A stretch of DNA of 64,000 nt from Acanthaster planci (Eukaryota): NCBI RefSeq assembly GCF_001949145.1, contig NW_019091355.1, positions 3,206,646 to 3,270,645 of the forward strand, given 5' to 3'. Position 1 is the stretch's first letter. The number at the start of each line of letters is the position of its first letter. The position numbers and the translations under genes are program-made. Shown here in pieces: positions 1-12,100 of this stretch. A model generated the notes under the pieces. The model saw nothing but the letters and a program-made list of their open reading frames with translations. It did no database searches and was not told the origin of the DNA.

Positions 1-25
1 TCGTCTTTTGTTTACCTGATTGCAG

Positions 26-123
26 CCATAAATCGTAAGAAGCAAGCAGAAGCCAAGAAGATACTGGAGAACAAACAGAAAGAGTTCCTCATCACAAACG
101 ACCACATCCACAAGAAGGAGAAT
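26..123 (+). CDS. Coiled-coil gene, exon a
   Basis: ttgcag|CC ATA AAT...GAG AAT|gtacgt; reads INRKKQAEAKKILENKQKEFLITNDHIHKKEN. Confidence 0.85.
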
Positions 124-3100
124 GTACGTCTCAGTCTTTCTTTTTTGTCAATCTGAAGGAACAACAGATTAGAATCGAATTGTGCACTTAGCCCTTACCC
201 CCTAGGGTGTAAGTAAAATCATATTGAAATTGGAGGATTTGGGGCTGTTAGGGCTTTTATGCCCTTGTAAGGTACATTTATTTTACCTTTGAGCTTCTAA
301 AGAAATGTTAACAAACCGATTGCTTTGAGTTTTGACCTCTTTTCATTTTTTTTTGTGGTTTTTCATCCACAGCTTACCAAGGACAGAATTGAGAAGGCCA
401 TAAACAAAGATCAACAGATCAAGGATGAAGACCGAAAATCATTTCTTACAATGTAAGACAATCAACAAGGTCCTCATGTATGCTGTGTCGTCTCAGAGAC
501 AAGCTCAACATGCTTAGTATTCCTCAAGTGTGTAGAACTTTTTAACTTGGATAGATCTGGCTAATCCTGTAATTATATTTTCATTAACCACTTGCAAAGT
601 GTATTAGCTTGGCTCAAATGACAAGATGCAACACAGACCAAATTAATGAAATGTGTTGTTGTGAGCTTTGTTCTGTTCCGTTGTTTCCAAACAAAAGTGG
701 AGACCTGGAGAGGAAGTACCGAGCCAAGATTGCCGAGATCGAGCTGCGGCGGGCCGAGGTGCAGAAGCTGAGCGAGGAGTTCACCGACCGCATGAAGACC
801 AAGGAGGAGGAGACCTTTGCCCTGAACAAGGAACTGGCGGAGATTGCCCTGACCATCAACATGGAGGCCCAGAAGCAGCGCAAGACGGCCGTCGACACCA
901 GCAAGTCAGTTGGAAGGGGCCCGGTGCACGTCCCAATGGCTTGGCTGCGGCTCGAATTAACACTTGCGTCTGTGGAAACGGCTCACCGGCCACTGTGGCC
1001 ATCCTCCATAGACTTGTGTGTTATTTCTCAGCCGCTGCCAAGAAATTTGGGCAAGACCTTTCGTTGCCTGTGCCTTTGTCATTCCCGTGTCATGGATTCA
1101 CCTAATTTATCACTGTCCCCCCCACAACTTTAGATTTTTTTGGTGCAATAAGGAGCTGTGTTTTGTCAGAGGAAATGGAACTGTACACGATTGACCCAAA
1201 GATGGAATGAGATTCATTTTAATTTGGACGTTACCATACCATGAGGGACTAAGTCTCTTCTAAGCAGTTCCGAAACAACTTATTAAATGGCTAAGCACGA
1301 ATTGATAAAAGGGTTTGATTGGGCACTTAAGATGTATATTACATAAGGATTTCATAAGAGACTAAATCTCTTATACCTCCATACCAGGAGGTACAATGGT
1401 CCTATATCAAAGTGTGACGTCATTTTAAACCAGGAAGTGTCGTGCAAATGAATGGAGCATGTGCGCTTGTGGGTCCATGCACTGGTTCTCGCGCTAATGC
1501 CTTTTACCCACATAATATGCGCGTGACATATTCACCTCGGTATTCTATAAGAGACTAGGTCTCTTACAGGAGTTCAGGGACAGAGACATGGAGATGAAGC
1601 CACGATTCAGCAACTCCTTCCTTCCCCCAACAGAGCAGACAGTCCAATGATGTTCAAGACCTGGCTCAGTTTAGTTGACAGTTTGAAACTGACCTTTAAA
1701 TGGATGAAATGATCGTTAGCTTCTCCATTTATATACTTAAGCCCGTTAATAAGGAGATAAATTGAAATTAAGCATGTAACTTTGAGGTGTACCTCCAGGT
1801 TTTAGCAGATTTTTAGGATATTCAGGGTGGAACCTCACGTTACTGCCTGTTAATTGCATTCTCCCTGAGCCCGTCGGTCGATACAAATATCATTCCTGCA
1901 GGGAGGAAGCAGTTGACAGTTTAAAGTATTCCCTTTGGTTATGAAACAAGACTTATTCAAGAGTCAAAGACTGAGGTCAGCTTTTTTTTCCTTTCACCGT
2001 GGTTGGGGTACTCGATGATGTTGCCCGTTTTGATTTTCGTCTTCAAACTTGTTTGTCCATTTTCAGAGACAGTAAGACGGAATCCAAGGAAAAGATCAAG
2101 ACAGACAATGAGATGGAGACACACTTTGACACCAAGCTGAGGTAAGTAACAGGCTCAGCCTATCTTTTGTCAGATTCCATTATTTATTGATTTTGAAAAC
2201 AGCAACTTGCAGTATTTGTTTAGTTAATTGTGGTTACTTCAGAATTTAACTGAAATGAAAGAGATTCAGGACTGGGGAGAGGAATTGTCATGACATCCTA
2301 TTCTATTTCTCTTCATGCCGTTTCTAGGAGGAACGTGAGTAAGGCTGGTCAGTTTGAGAACAACAAGAGACGGTTGAGTCTGGACTTGGCACAGTTCAGC
2401 GTCAACATGCTGGAAAAGAACAGAGATGGTAAAGACCAACTTAACCCACTCTTCAGTCCACGGCAGAGGCAGAGACAAGGACCCTTGTTTTTGGCCAGCA
2501 ATGTCTGATGTCTCGATTCAAGTTTTTACAGGAGTGTTTCCGGAAACATTTTGTACATGAGAGTGAAGCCAAGTGATTTGAATTCAAAGCCCAAGACTGG
2601 ACTGGTACCCGTCCAACTTTTTGTAAAGGTTGACCATTCATTAGTCTGGTGGCATGACTGTGCAGCGAATGTAAGGAAGCAGAGATGAGGCACGAGACGT
2701 CTCTTTGATACAGTTGATTGACTTAAGGGGTATTGACCTTATGTCAGGCACCAGTCTTTATTCTGGTGTTACACGCCTCCACTGTCTCAAATTTTGAAAC
2801 TCTTCAAATCCCAAATGTTGGGCCTAGGGTATTACCCCTGTCTACTTGTATAACTGAACATTGTTTACTTGTTTATTTGTCTGTTACCATCAGGTGGACG
2901 GCAGTTGCTAGACACCAGAAACCGTCTGCAAGAGAACAGCACCACACAGAGGAAGCTACAGGAGGCCGCCCTTACCGCCAAGCTGGATCACACCAACAAG
3001 AAGATTGAACAGAAGCTACGGGTATTTGGAAGCATTGCAGATGATATTCCACCTCATGCATATTCATGAATCACTGAATAGTAATCTCAGTGGTAGCCCA

Positions 3101-5400
3101 ATAAGGGAAGTTTAAAAGCTACCCTCTCTTGTGCAGTTCCATTTGAACTAACTCCAAGCTCAGCCTCACTTATGAGGTTTGAAAAAAAAGTATTCAAAGT
3201 ATTACTAGTCTGGTCTCCAGAGGGCAGGCCTTCTTAATGTTGTATTTGAGCAATCAGTTATCGTAATTATTTGCTTCAATCAGCCTGCAAAATGACATGG
3301 ATAGGTGCTCTTGCCCGAGATGCAAAACTTTCCAAAGAGGCTCAAAAACCTTGAAAACTTGGCCAATCATTTATGAAATTTATATGAAAGGAGGTATGAG
3401 ATTGAAATTTTTTTCCTATTTCTGAGTGTCTTTCTTCTAATTCCTATGTGACAAGTTTGCACCCTGCCCCAGTAATACTTGAAAAACTTTCTTAAATCAA
3501 TTCTTGTAGTGGGCTTTGTGTATGATATTATTGCTGAATTTCAACAGAAAGTAGTTTGAACATAAAAAGCCTGCTTCAAGAATTGGCACGGCATGTTACG
3601 CATCGTCTCTTCACAGAGCCACGATCTTAAGAAGCAGCGTCGACTGCAGCACATCACCGCCCTCAAGAAGAAAGAACACGAGAAGGAGTTGAAGGACTGG
3701 GAGGAGAGGTTTAGCAAGAAGCAGTACGATGCCACGAGGAGAGAATACGAAGACACCCTCAAGCACGCCGTGGTAAGACAGACAGGCAGAAAAATGGTGG
3801 CATGGACGTGGCTCTGTTTATAATTTACACACTAACGCATTTGATGCACCTCTGAACACATCCTGTTTATCGTCTCTCTCTCTTTCACTCTTGTAGAGGA
3901 CAGTCACCAAGCAGGAGGAGATCGAGCACGACCTGTCCACCCGGGTGCGCACCAGCGAGTACGCCCGCAAGCAGCGGGAGCAGCAGTGCAAACGCATGCA
4001 GCAGCAGCTGGCCGAGCTGCGGCGCAAGAACGACCAGCGCCTCAAGCAGCAGATGATCGAGTGCTACCAGAAGGAGAAGGAACTAGAGCAGAAACTGCTG
4101 CGGGAGCAGTCGGAGCTCTACAAGGTGGGGGGATGGGTCTCTCAGAGGGGGGGGTGCCGACACCACTGGGCTGAGCCACATATAGAAAAGAGTAGTGATC
4201 AAAGGTCTTGTAGGATGTGGTGTGTTGTGCGAATTTCGTTTCCAAACTGGTGGGTGATTTTACTGGGGGCTACTGTAATGGATCAGAGAATGTTTCTATA
4301 TCTAGGTGGCATTACAGAGACCAGTTGACTATAAACCATTGGCTGCTTTGTGTGGATTTTTGGAACCAAAATGGATATGTGGTTGTGAGGACTTGTAATT
4401 GACTTGTGAGGACTTAGTTCAGGTTTGTGGGGACTTTCTGATGTGAAGACCTATAATGGGCTTAATGAGGACGTGATGGGCTTAAGATAGGTTTGTGAGG
4501 ACTTGCTGGTTTGTCAGGACTTGTGATGGACTAGTGAGGACTTTTGATGGGCTTATGAAGACTTTTTAGGACTTTTGGTAGTCTAGACTGCAGCCTTAAC
4601 CCTCCAGCGAAAAATTCTCACTGGACGAGATGCATCGTCACGAATATTTGATCTCTTTCTAATCATCAAAAAGCAATAACAGGTTAATCAGATTTTATGT
4701 TGCTTTTGGTTCCATTGCAGAGCCATGTGAATCGCGAGGAAGGGTACGTCTCCCTACAGCAACATCGCATGATGATGAAAGAAGACAGGATCATACTGAA
4801 TGAAACGGCGAAGGTGAGCCTTAAACCCTCGATGCCCTGCTCAGCTCGTACATCCACTGCTCAGCCGCTCTGTGATATGGTCAGGCCAGTTGTCAGTCCA
4901 TGGCATGTGCAGTGCCAGTGACCATGGGGGAGTACGATGACGGATATTTACACGACCACAGACCTTGCTCATACCCCGCAAGAAATTGAGATTGTGGGTT
5001 TGAATGAATTCCAACGCATTTCACCCAACCGGGAATTCTAGCGCTGATTGCCAGAAACCTTTACCCATGATAAAGTACTCATGTTTCGGACAAATTTCAC
5101 ATTCAGCTTTTCGGGTTGGACTCTAAATAATGGACCAGCATTTTTTTACTGATCAAGAGTTCCACAGTGTTCATGGTATTTAAGCCTGTGCTTAAGTGCA
5201 TGGATCCCATGGCAATGTATTATGTCTTACATTCAAGCACAGTGTGTGCAAACTTTGCAGAATTTTTTAACTACCTCACCAACAAGACCTCCCCACTTTA
5301 TTTTGTTGTATCCACATCTTTTAAATTTCGATCACTGCAGGAACACGAACGACTCGTGAGGATAGGCGAGAAGACGGATCTGCTCAACAGCTATCCTTGA
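26..5400 (+). CDS. Uncharacterised long coiled-coil (K/E/R/Q-rich) protein, 5'-partial; join(26..123,373..452,698..904,2067..2141,2328..2428,2894..3021,3617..3772,3897..4124,4721..4813,5341..5400)
   Basis: Ten AG/GT-bounded exons with mutually compatible phases give one open frame of ~407 aa (..INRKKQAEAKKILENKQKEF...GDLERKYRAKIAEIELRRAEVQKL...EHERLVRIGEKTDLLNSYP*), ending at TGA 5398-5400. The composition is charged and helical. Upstream exons lie outside the window. Family not recognised. Confidence 0.9.
373..452 (+). CDS. Coiled-coil gene, exon b
   Basis: ccacag|CTT...ACA AT|gtaaga; reads LTKDRIEKAINKDQQIKDEDRKSFLT. Confidence 0.85.
698..904 (+). CDS. Coiled-coil gene, exon c
   Basis: caaaag|T GGA GAC...AGC AA|gtcagt; GC3-rich codons; phase matches both neighbours. 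Confidence 0.88.
1404..1549 (+). mobile_element. MITE family A copy (in an intron of the coiled-coil gene)
   Basis: aagtgtgacgtca...gaatggag...ctggttctcgcgctaatgccttttac...attcacctcggtattctata aligns with the copies at 7728-8043 and, inverted, 7393-7532. Confidence 0.75.
2067..2141 (+). CDS. Coiled-coil gene, exon d
   Basis: tttcag|A GAC AGT...CTG AG|gtaagt. Confidence 0.85.
2328..2428 (+). CDS. Coiled-coil gene, exon e
   Basis: ttctag|G AGG AAC...GAT G|gtaaag. Confidence 0.85.
2894..3021 (+). CDS. Coiled-coil gene, exon f
   Basis: catcag|GT GGA CGG...CTA CGG|gtattt. Confidence 0.85.
3617..3772 (+). CDS. Coiled-coil gene, exon g
   Basis: tcacag|AGC CAC...GCC GTG|gtaaga. Confidence 0.9.
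3897..4124 (+). CDS. Coiled-coil gene, exon h
   Basis: ttgtag|AGG ACA...TAC AAG|gtgggg; strongly GC3-rich. Confidence 0.9.
4384..4575 (+). repeat. Degenerate short tandem repeat (tgtgaggactt-like) in an intron
   Basis: Multiple gtgaggactt/gggactt/gatgggctt variants in succession. Confidence 0.7.
4721..4813 (+). CDS. Coiled-coil gene, exon i
   Basis: ttgcag|AGC CAT...GCG AAG|gtgagc. Confidence 0.85.
5341..5400 (+). CDS. Coiled-coil gene, terminal coding exon
   Basis: ctgcag|GAA CAC...CCT TGA, followed by AT-rich UTR-like sequence. Confidence 0.8.
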   Translation, partial: EHERLVRIGEKTDLLNSYP

Positions 5401-7063
5401 TGAGAAAACATGACTAGTCTTCTGTAATCATTTACCTTTTTCTACATGCTAAGTAATTTATGGTCTTCTTCAGCGAGTAACACGGATCGTCAGTACTGTC
5501 TTACAACCAAGATGGTCAGAGAGACTGAGCAGTATTTCTGCCGCTGATTGTTGAAAATCAGGCATTGTTCTTAACCAGGCAGTTGGGGAGGGCAAATTTG
5601 AATATCTTTCAAGCAAGAAATATTCTTTTCTTTTTTTCTTTTTTTCACTCTTAGCTGTGAGAAGTTGCTCCTATACCAGGGCATACAAGATGAGGGTAGC
5701 ATCCAAACAAAAGCAAGGAACATCATTTTCTTTGAAACACAAAAGTTGCTGTCAACATTTGAAAGTTTCATTTCACTAGAAAATCTCAGGAAAGTGTCTG
5801 TCATTTTGAGAAGGGGCTATGTTCATGAGATTTGGCTGGGAAAATTCTCTTTCAGCGTGCACCATTAACTCAGCATTTCCAGAACACCTATAAAGATGAT
5901 TTTTTTTTGTTTTGAAGTGCTTTTTTCCCAGTTAGCTGTTGGTTTATGCGTCATTGAGTGCTAAGTAATTGCTTCGTAGAAGGAACGGTCAAATGTAATA
6001 ATTCACTCTGACCCACGTTGTTACCCATACACTTTCTGTACCATGGACATATGTACTACAGCCAACATGTGCCTTGTCACCATCTAAGGGGTTCTGTTTT
6101 GACGCCTAGGCGAGTAGATGTGCAAGTCGTTTTTTAGTTTTTTTTATTCTCTCTTTTTTTTCTGCTGAAGGAAAAGTTGTGGTGTTTCATGGTTCCTATA
6201 CATGTATTGAGATATTTTCTACCAAAAAGGTGCTTAACATAGCTGTGCATGTGCTGCCCTAGAGTTGACATAATTCCAGAACTATCAGTCCATCAATCAG
6301 AGGAACTCTTCCAACCCCCTCCCCGGAAAAGGACCCTAAATGGTGGGAAATGGCTAGCTCTTTCCGTACGCTCTGACGTCTCATGACCATGAAAACTACC
6401 TGTAATATAAATATTATATGATGATTTTCTGTTTGCCTTTACACCGAGGTGTATTGTAATATTATTTGTACAGTGTTCTAGATAGTTAGAAATATCTTAA
6501 TCTTGAAATATATTTTGTAAACTTAGCAAGTATGTGGTCCATATTCAAACCAAATATTTTTCAGTATTCTCCAGTGATTGGTTGTATGCATTTATGTACT
6601 GAGTAATTTCTCCAGAAACTGGTTTTAAGGGCATGTACAGTGCACATTGACATGATTTTTTCTGTTTTAATCAATGCCATCGTTTCACACCGGCACACAG
6701 CATTAGTTTACTTTGACCAGAATGTTGTCCACATGTATCATTCTTATTATTTACATGCAGGGGTGCGCGGTTTGTTTGTAAAAAATCTCCGTCCCGCTGC
6801 TGTCCAGTGCAACCCAAAATTACACGTCTGTTGTCGTAGTAGTGCTCTAAATTATTTTTGAAAGTCTTTACCTGCCTCTTTCAACCATTAACAACCTACC
6901 AACCATTTCTTTGACTTTTTATTTTGGTTCCTTGTTGTCAATTTTGGGGATGATTTATGACATAAGAACTACTGTCTCTCTGTTAACCTCATGCCTTCCA
7001 TGTACAAAATTATGGTTTCTCGTAGATTGATCATGATTGAGTTTTGTATTCCACCACGTGTGT

Positions 7064-7394
7064 ACCAAAGATCATATAGTGCCGCGTAGCGGCGCAAGAG
7101 GGGTAATTCGACCATAAAGGTGTTATCACCATAAGCGCCATTCGAGTGTGAACGTTCACGTGTACGTACGTGTGTGCGTGCCTGCGCGATACACATGAAC
7201 ACGTACATGAGCGCGGCGCTATACAATCTTTGGCATTCACTTCGGCAGTCTATACAGGCGCTTACGGTGCATTAACATGCACTGCGCAGTCGTAGTCCAA
7301 CCAGAATGGCGCCCATGTGATAACAACGTTTTACGCATATTCATGGTGAAGTTTCCCATCTTGCGCCGCTAAGCGGCGCTATACGATCTTTGGT
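7064..7394. mobile_element. Inverted-repeat (MITE-like) element with ~75-bp arms
   Basis: accaaagatcatatagtgccgcgtagcggcgcaaga...tgttatcac..gcgcca is the reverse complement of tggcgc..gtgataaca...tcttgcgccgctaagcggcgctatacgatctttggt. Confidence 0.75.
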
Positions 7395-8043
7395 GAATAC
7401 GTCGTTCACACAACGATGTGTGTAAAAGATATTACGGCGAGAACCAGCGCGTGAACCAACACGCGCGCGTTCTGCATTCGTTTGCATTGCACTTTCTGGT
7501 TCACACTAATTACGTCACACTTCGATACTCTATTCCGTTCGTGACTTTGTCACAAAGGCAGACTCGCCACGATTTGCAGGCTCTCATTGGACAACCCCTG
7601 AAGTTGTGCGTTAACTTCCTGTTCTATGGTTCCAGATAAACGGTGATCAATGCGTGTAACCCTATGTGCAGTGCACGTGTGCACTGGGTGTGGTTTAAAC
7701 TGAAGTGACGTCACACTTACGAGCCGGATAGACTACCGAAGTGTGACATCATTTAGAACCAGTAGATAACGTACAAACGAATGGAGTACGTGCGTGCATT
7801 GGTTCACGCGCGGGTAGGGTATTATTGGGTGCGTTCGATTAGATTGCTAATGATTTTTACACACATAAGTGTGCGCGTGACGTTTTCACTTCAGTACTCG
7901 TACCGAAGTGTGACGTCACTGTGAACCAGAAAGTGTCGTACAAACGAATGGAGTACGCGCGCGTGTTGGTTCACGCGCTGGTTCTAGCGCTAATGCCTTT
8001 TACACATATTGTGCGTGTGACGTATTCACTTCGGCACTCTGTA
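7393..8043. mobile_element. Cluster of MITE family A copies (7393-7532 inverted; 7728-7902 and 7901-8043 direct; partial copy at ~7640-7720)
   Basis: Units of ~140-175 bp with terminal inverted repeats (TIRs) approximating ATAGA(G/C)TACCGAAGTG...CACTTCGG(T/C)ACTCT(A/G)T, TA-flanked (Tc1/mariner-like by inference). Confidence 0.8.
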
Positions 8044-8237
8044 ACAGTTGTCTCTGTATCATATGACAATTGAGGCAATACTTGGTGTCTATCCTTTCGG
8101 AAAAAAAATCAGTGGATTTCCCCGTTATAGGAGATGAATGTTAAAAGAAGTGAAGATAAAGAAAGTGTGTGATTTTATCTCCTACAGAAATTTATAAGGT
8201 ATGAAGTCATTTGTATTTTTGTCTGTTTTGTTTATTT

Positions 8238-8256
8238 TGTGTGTGTGTGTGTGTGT
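8238..8256. repeat. (TG)n microsatellite
   Basis: tgtgtgtgtgtgtgtgtgt. Confidence 0.9.
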
Positions 8257-9054
8257 CTTTTTGAATCCGGAAGTAGGAGGCCTACCTCCTACCTCCTCTC
8301 AAAATGGTCACGCTAATGAGTAGACGCAGTTGCAGGGGTGGGATATATGGAGACGAACGCACGCACTATTTCGATTTTACCCCAGTTCATGCCACGCCCC
8401 CGTGTTCAATATTTGGAACAAGGTTTACATGCAACTGCCTCCAATTATTAATTAGTAAGTTTGAACCGAAACTGAAGGGTTCCCCCTCAGAAAATCCCGC
8501 TCCCTAGGTTCCAAAGTTACCCTTGAAAGAGGGCCCGGATAACATAACGCACTCGTCTTGTTATTCTCACTTTCCCTGTCAAAAAAGTTGTCTACTGGGG
8601 CTGAATGTTTCGTCGTCATCCTCGTTTTTCCCCAGGGGAAAATTCAACGTTGGGGAATACAGTGTAATCGTACTAATCCCATTATGCTTTGGAACTAAAC
8701 ACGGGGAACTCTCCGCTTGGTTTGGTGCACGTCTGCATGTGATCTAGCTCGTGGGTTGACTATCAAGGAAGCGTCGAGTGCACCTGTATTTTGGACCTTG
8801 TAGTTTATGGTCACACTCTCTTGTTCTTTTCGATATGTTTGCACTGTTGCTAAATATAACCCCACCGGTTATGAATAGGATCTTTCCTCGCTGTTGTTTA
8901 CCGAAGTTGAACTTGTCTGAATCAACTTCTTTGGGAATATTTCCACGCTTATGCGGTAAAGTCTTCGACTGGTTTACGAAGAATAAATGCAGCTTTGGTT
9001 GTCCTGGCAGTAAACACTTGGTTCGAGTATTCAAGGAATTTCAAACTGTGGAGA

Positions 9055-9150
9055 ATGGCACGAAACATCGTTTTGATCACCGGCTGTTCTTCTGGGATTG
9101 GACTAGCGACAGCCGTGCGTTTGGCCAAGGATCCCGAACACAGATACAAG
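9055..9150 (+). CDS. SDR exon 1 (missed by the ORF track)
   Basis: ATG GCA CGA AAC ATC GTT TTG ATC ACC GGC TGT TCT TCT GGG ATT GGA...TAC AAG|gttggt = [32 protein letters not shown]. Confidence 0.92.
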
Positions 9151-12100
9151 GTTGGTGGAGAACCTTTCTACTGATTCCTGCGACATAGGAAGGCCTGTGT
9201 CTTTTCTATTTTCTCGGGCTTCGGGTTTGCTTGCACTGATCCCATGTTAGGAAAGCGCGCATCTGCAAACTTGACTCGTGTCCGAGCCTGCTGAATCCAG
9301 CACTGGGCCTCTTAACCAAATCCAGTAACAGGTTACACGTACCGTACATGCATCCTAACTACCGGATTATTTCGAACATTTATTGACATACATGTATACG
9401 ACACTTATTGTCCCTTTTTCCATTTTGGAGATGGATCATCCCGGCCCTAACTAAAGCCCCCCCCCCCCGTTTCAGCATTTCTAAGACATTACAGGCTGGG
9501 CCCCTCTGCTTCATCGAGAGCGCAAACCGAAGAGGAATAGAAATGCCTTTTGGATATTACCATCTTCTTTTAAAAAAGGTTTGTTCCTTGACCTACAAAC
9601 CTGTGAGATGGAGGAGTTTGGTCATTTGACCTGGTAATTTTCCAGCATTTTTTAAAAGTTAAATCACAGGCATAATAATGCATTTATTTAATTTTATTTA
9701 ATCCATCTATGCTCAGCACAACAAATTGGGTCCATTGGAGATCTTGGACTATAGTTTGTTTGTTTTTTTTAACAAACACTTCATTATTTTCCCCTGGCTA
9801 TTTTTATCGAGTCTTACACGATAGCACCGAATGGCGGAAGCAATAACAGGTAAGGCCGGTTTGCAATGCAATATGAGCGGTGCATTTGTTTTGCGAAATC
9901 AAATGATCAAAGTTCGTGAACTCATTTGATAAAACCGACCAACGCAAGTTTTGGGTTGGAGGGGTTCTGCTGGTTTGGGTCAAGACAGGTCCAAATAGGT
10001 TGATCTGATGTTGATTAGGTTGGGCTGGAAAATAGAAGTTTACATTGATATACCAATTGATGTAAATAAAAAACGAGTGAGACCTTCCAAAGGATAGCAA
10101 GCACATTTCGTGACAGAGGGGTTCCCGCCAAATGCATTAAAGTAGCTGTTGGCTTAAAAGTAGCTGACGCTCTCAGCATATAGCTGGTGGTTCAAGAATG
10201 GCTGGTGGGCTGGCCTACACAAAAAGGTAGACACAACCCTAAGCCAAATTTCTACCACTCAGTGAAAAAAAAATGTTTTCTGGTCCATGTTTTCCTTCTG
10301 CTTTGCTTTCTTTTCTTGGTGTTGCACTAGAGAAATCCACTGGCTAAAGTTTTGATATAGATACAGAGAGAGAGTATTGTAAACAAACACTCTAACACAA
10401 AACAAGACAAAACAAAAACAACAAATGCTGGTCCCCGGACTCAGAATGACAGAGGTTGAAATTATTGGAACGAGTCTGACAATATTATGTAGCTCAGGAC
10501 ACTACTGAGAGATCCCCGATTCTTACTTTGAAGACGCACTGAATTTGTCCCTCCAGGTGTACGCGACAATGAGAAACCTTGGGAAGAAAGAGAGGTTAGA
10601 GACAGCAGGTGGGGACGCCCTGGACAACACGCTGTTCGTTCGACGGCTGGATGTCACTAAGGACGAAACCATTAAGGCTTTGGTGGAGGACATCGTGCGC
10701 GAGGACGGCAAGATTGATGTCCTGGGTAATGGTGCACTGAAAATGCATATAAAACTTATATAAGCGAGGTGGCAGAGTTGCCTCCTGGGCCCATAGTCTG
10801 GAATGTGTATAGGGATTGGACATGTTGGGGGGTACCCCTCGGTCTCATTTCTTGCTGGGTATATCCCCGCTCTAATAGGCCTATGCCTTTTATTTAAATA
10901 TTATTTAGACGCATTATAACAGATCTGTTTTGCTGGGAAGTTCGCATTTCCGATCCGCGTCTTTCTTCTGTGCAGTGAATAATGCTGGTTCGTACGGTTG
11001 TGATGCCATCTTCCACCAGTCGTTGGAATGGTGTCAAGAGATGATGGATACCAACTTCTGGGGTGCTGTCCGCCTCACGCGCGCCGTACTTCCCACGATG
11101 CAAGAACATCGGTCTGGTAGGATCATCAACATCAGCAGCACATCTGGAATCAATGGTACGCATTGTGAAATATAAAATAGTTGGAACACCTCGTGCGAAG
11201 CGCAGTGAAAACACCCCCCTCCCCGTTCAATGTTGCGGTAACCTATTGGACCAAGATTCGGCCCAACTTACCCAGGGAGAAATAACATTGACAGGGGGCG
11301 AGGGGGAGGCATGTTCCAGTGAGATTTGTCCAGGGTTGTAGCCATAAACCAACCCACTCGAATCCAATTCAGCCCAATTCAACTAGCTTCAAGGCTGGTT
11401 CATACTTAACGCGAATGCGAAAGCGAAGCGAATTTGACGTCACGAAAAATTTGCTTCGAAATTTCGCTTGAGGTGAAATGTGTTAAACTATGACGAATTA
11501 ACAATGCGAATATTTGATCTAACGTCACAAATATTCGTTTGTGTTCAAGTATGACCCTGCCTTAATAATTATAGGCCAACCTATACCTGTTGCACCCAAC
11601 CCAACCCAAACCAAAACCCAATCCAATTCAATCTGAATCACGCCCAACTTCCAAATTGTCCATTGCAGCTCTCCCCTTCTTCGGCATTTACTCGGCTTCC
11701 AAGTTTGCTCTGGAGGGGTACTCTGAATCGATAGCACCGGTTCTGCGGGATGCATTCAACATAAGGTGAACATTCCTGCCACATACATGTATATATAGAT
11801 ATATATAGTATATATAGATTCCAAGTACATGTACATGTATGTTAGAAACAATAGCCATACGAGATAAAATTTGGGGGAGAAAATAGATTGATGAGTATAA
11901 ATTTAATATTGCAATCTGACCAGCATGAATCACGTGAAAATTTGGGAAGCGACCGTTGTTTGTTGTTGTTTGCTTCTGTTTCGTTTCTGTTTGTGTTTGG
12001 ATTTACACAAGGAGTAGACGCCGTAACAATGACGGATGTTTGTTGTAGAGTGACGAGATCGATTAAATCGACGGTACTGCGCGACCAGGTTGCGCTTTAC

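Noticed and set aside
9831..9849. ATGGCGGAAGCAATAACAG|gtaagg as SDR exon 1
   Set aside because: Its phase (1) is incompatible with exon 2, and it lacks TGxxxGxG. The true exon 1 is 9055-9150.
11341..11660. CCAA-rich tracts around the intron 3 MITE
   Set aside because: Low-complexity sequence without defined periodicity.
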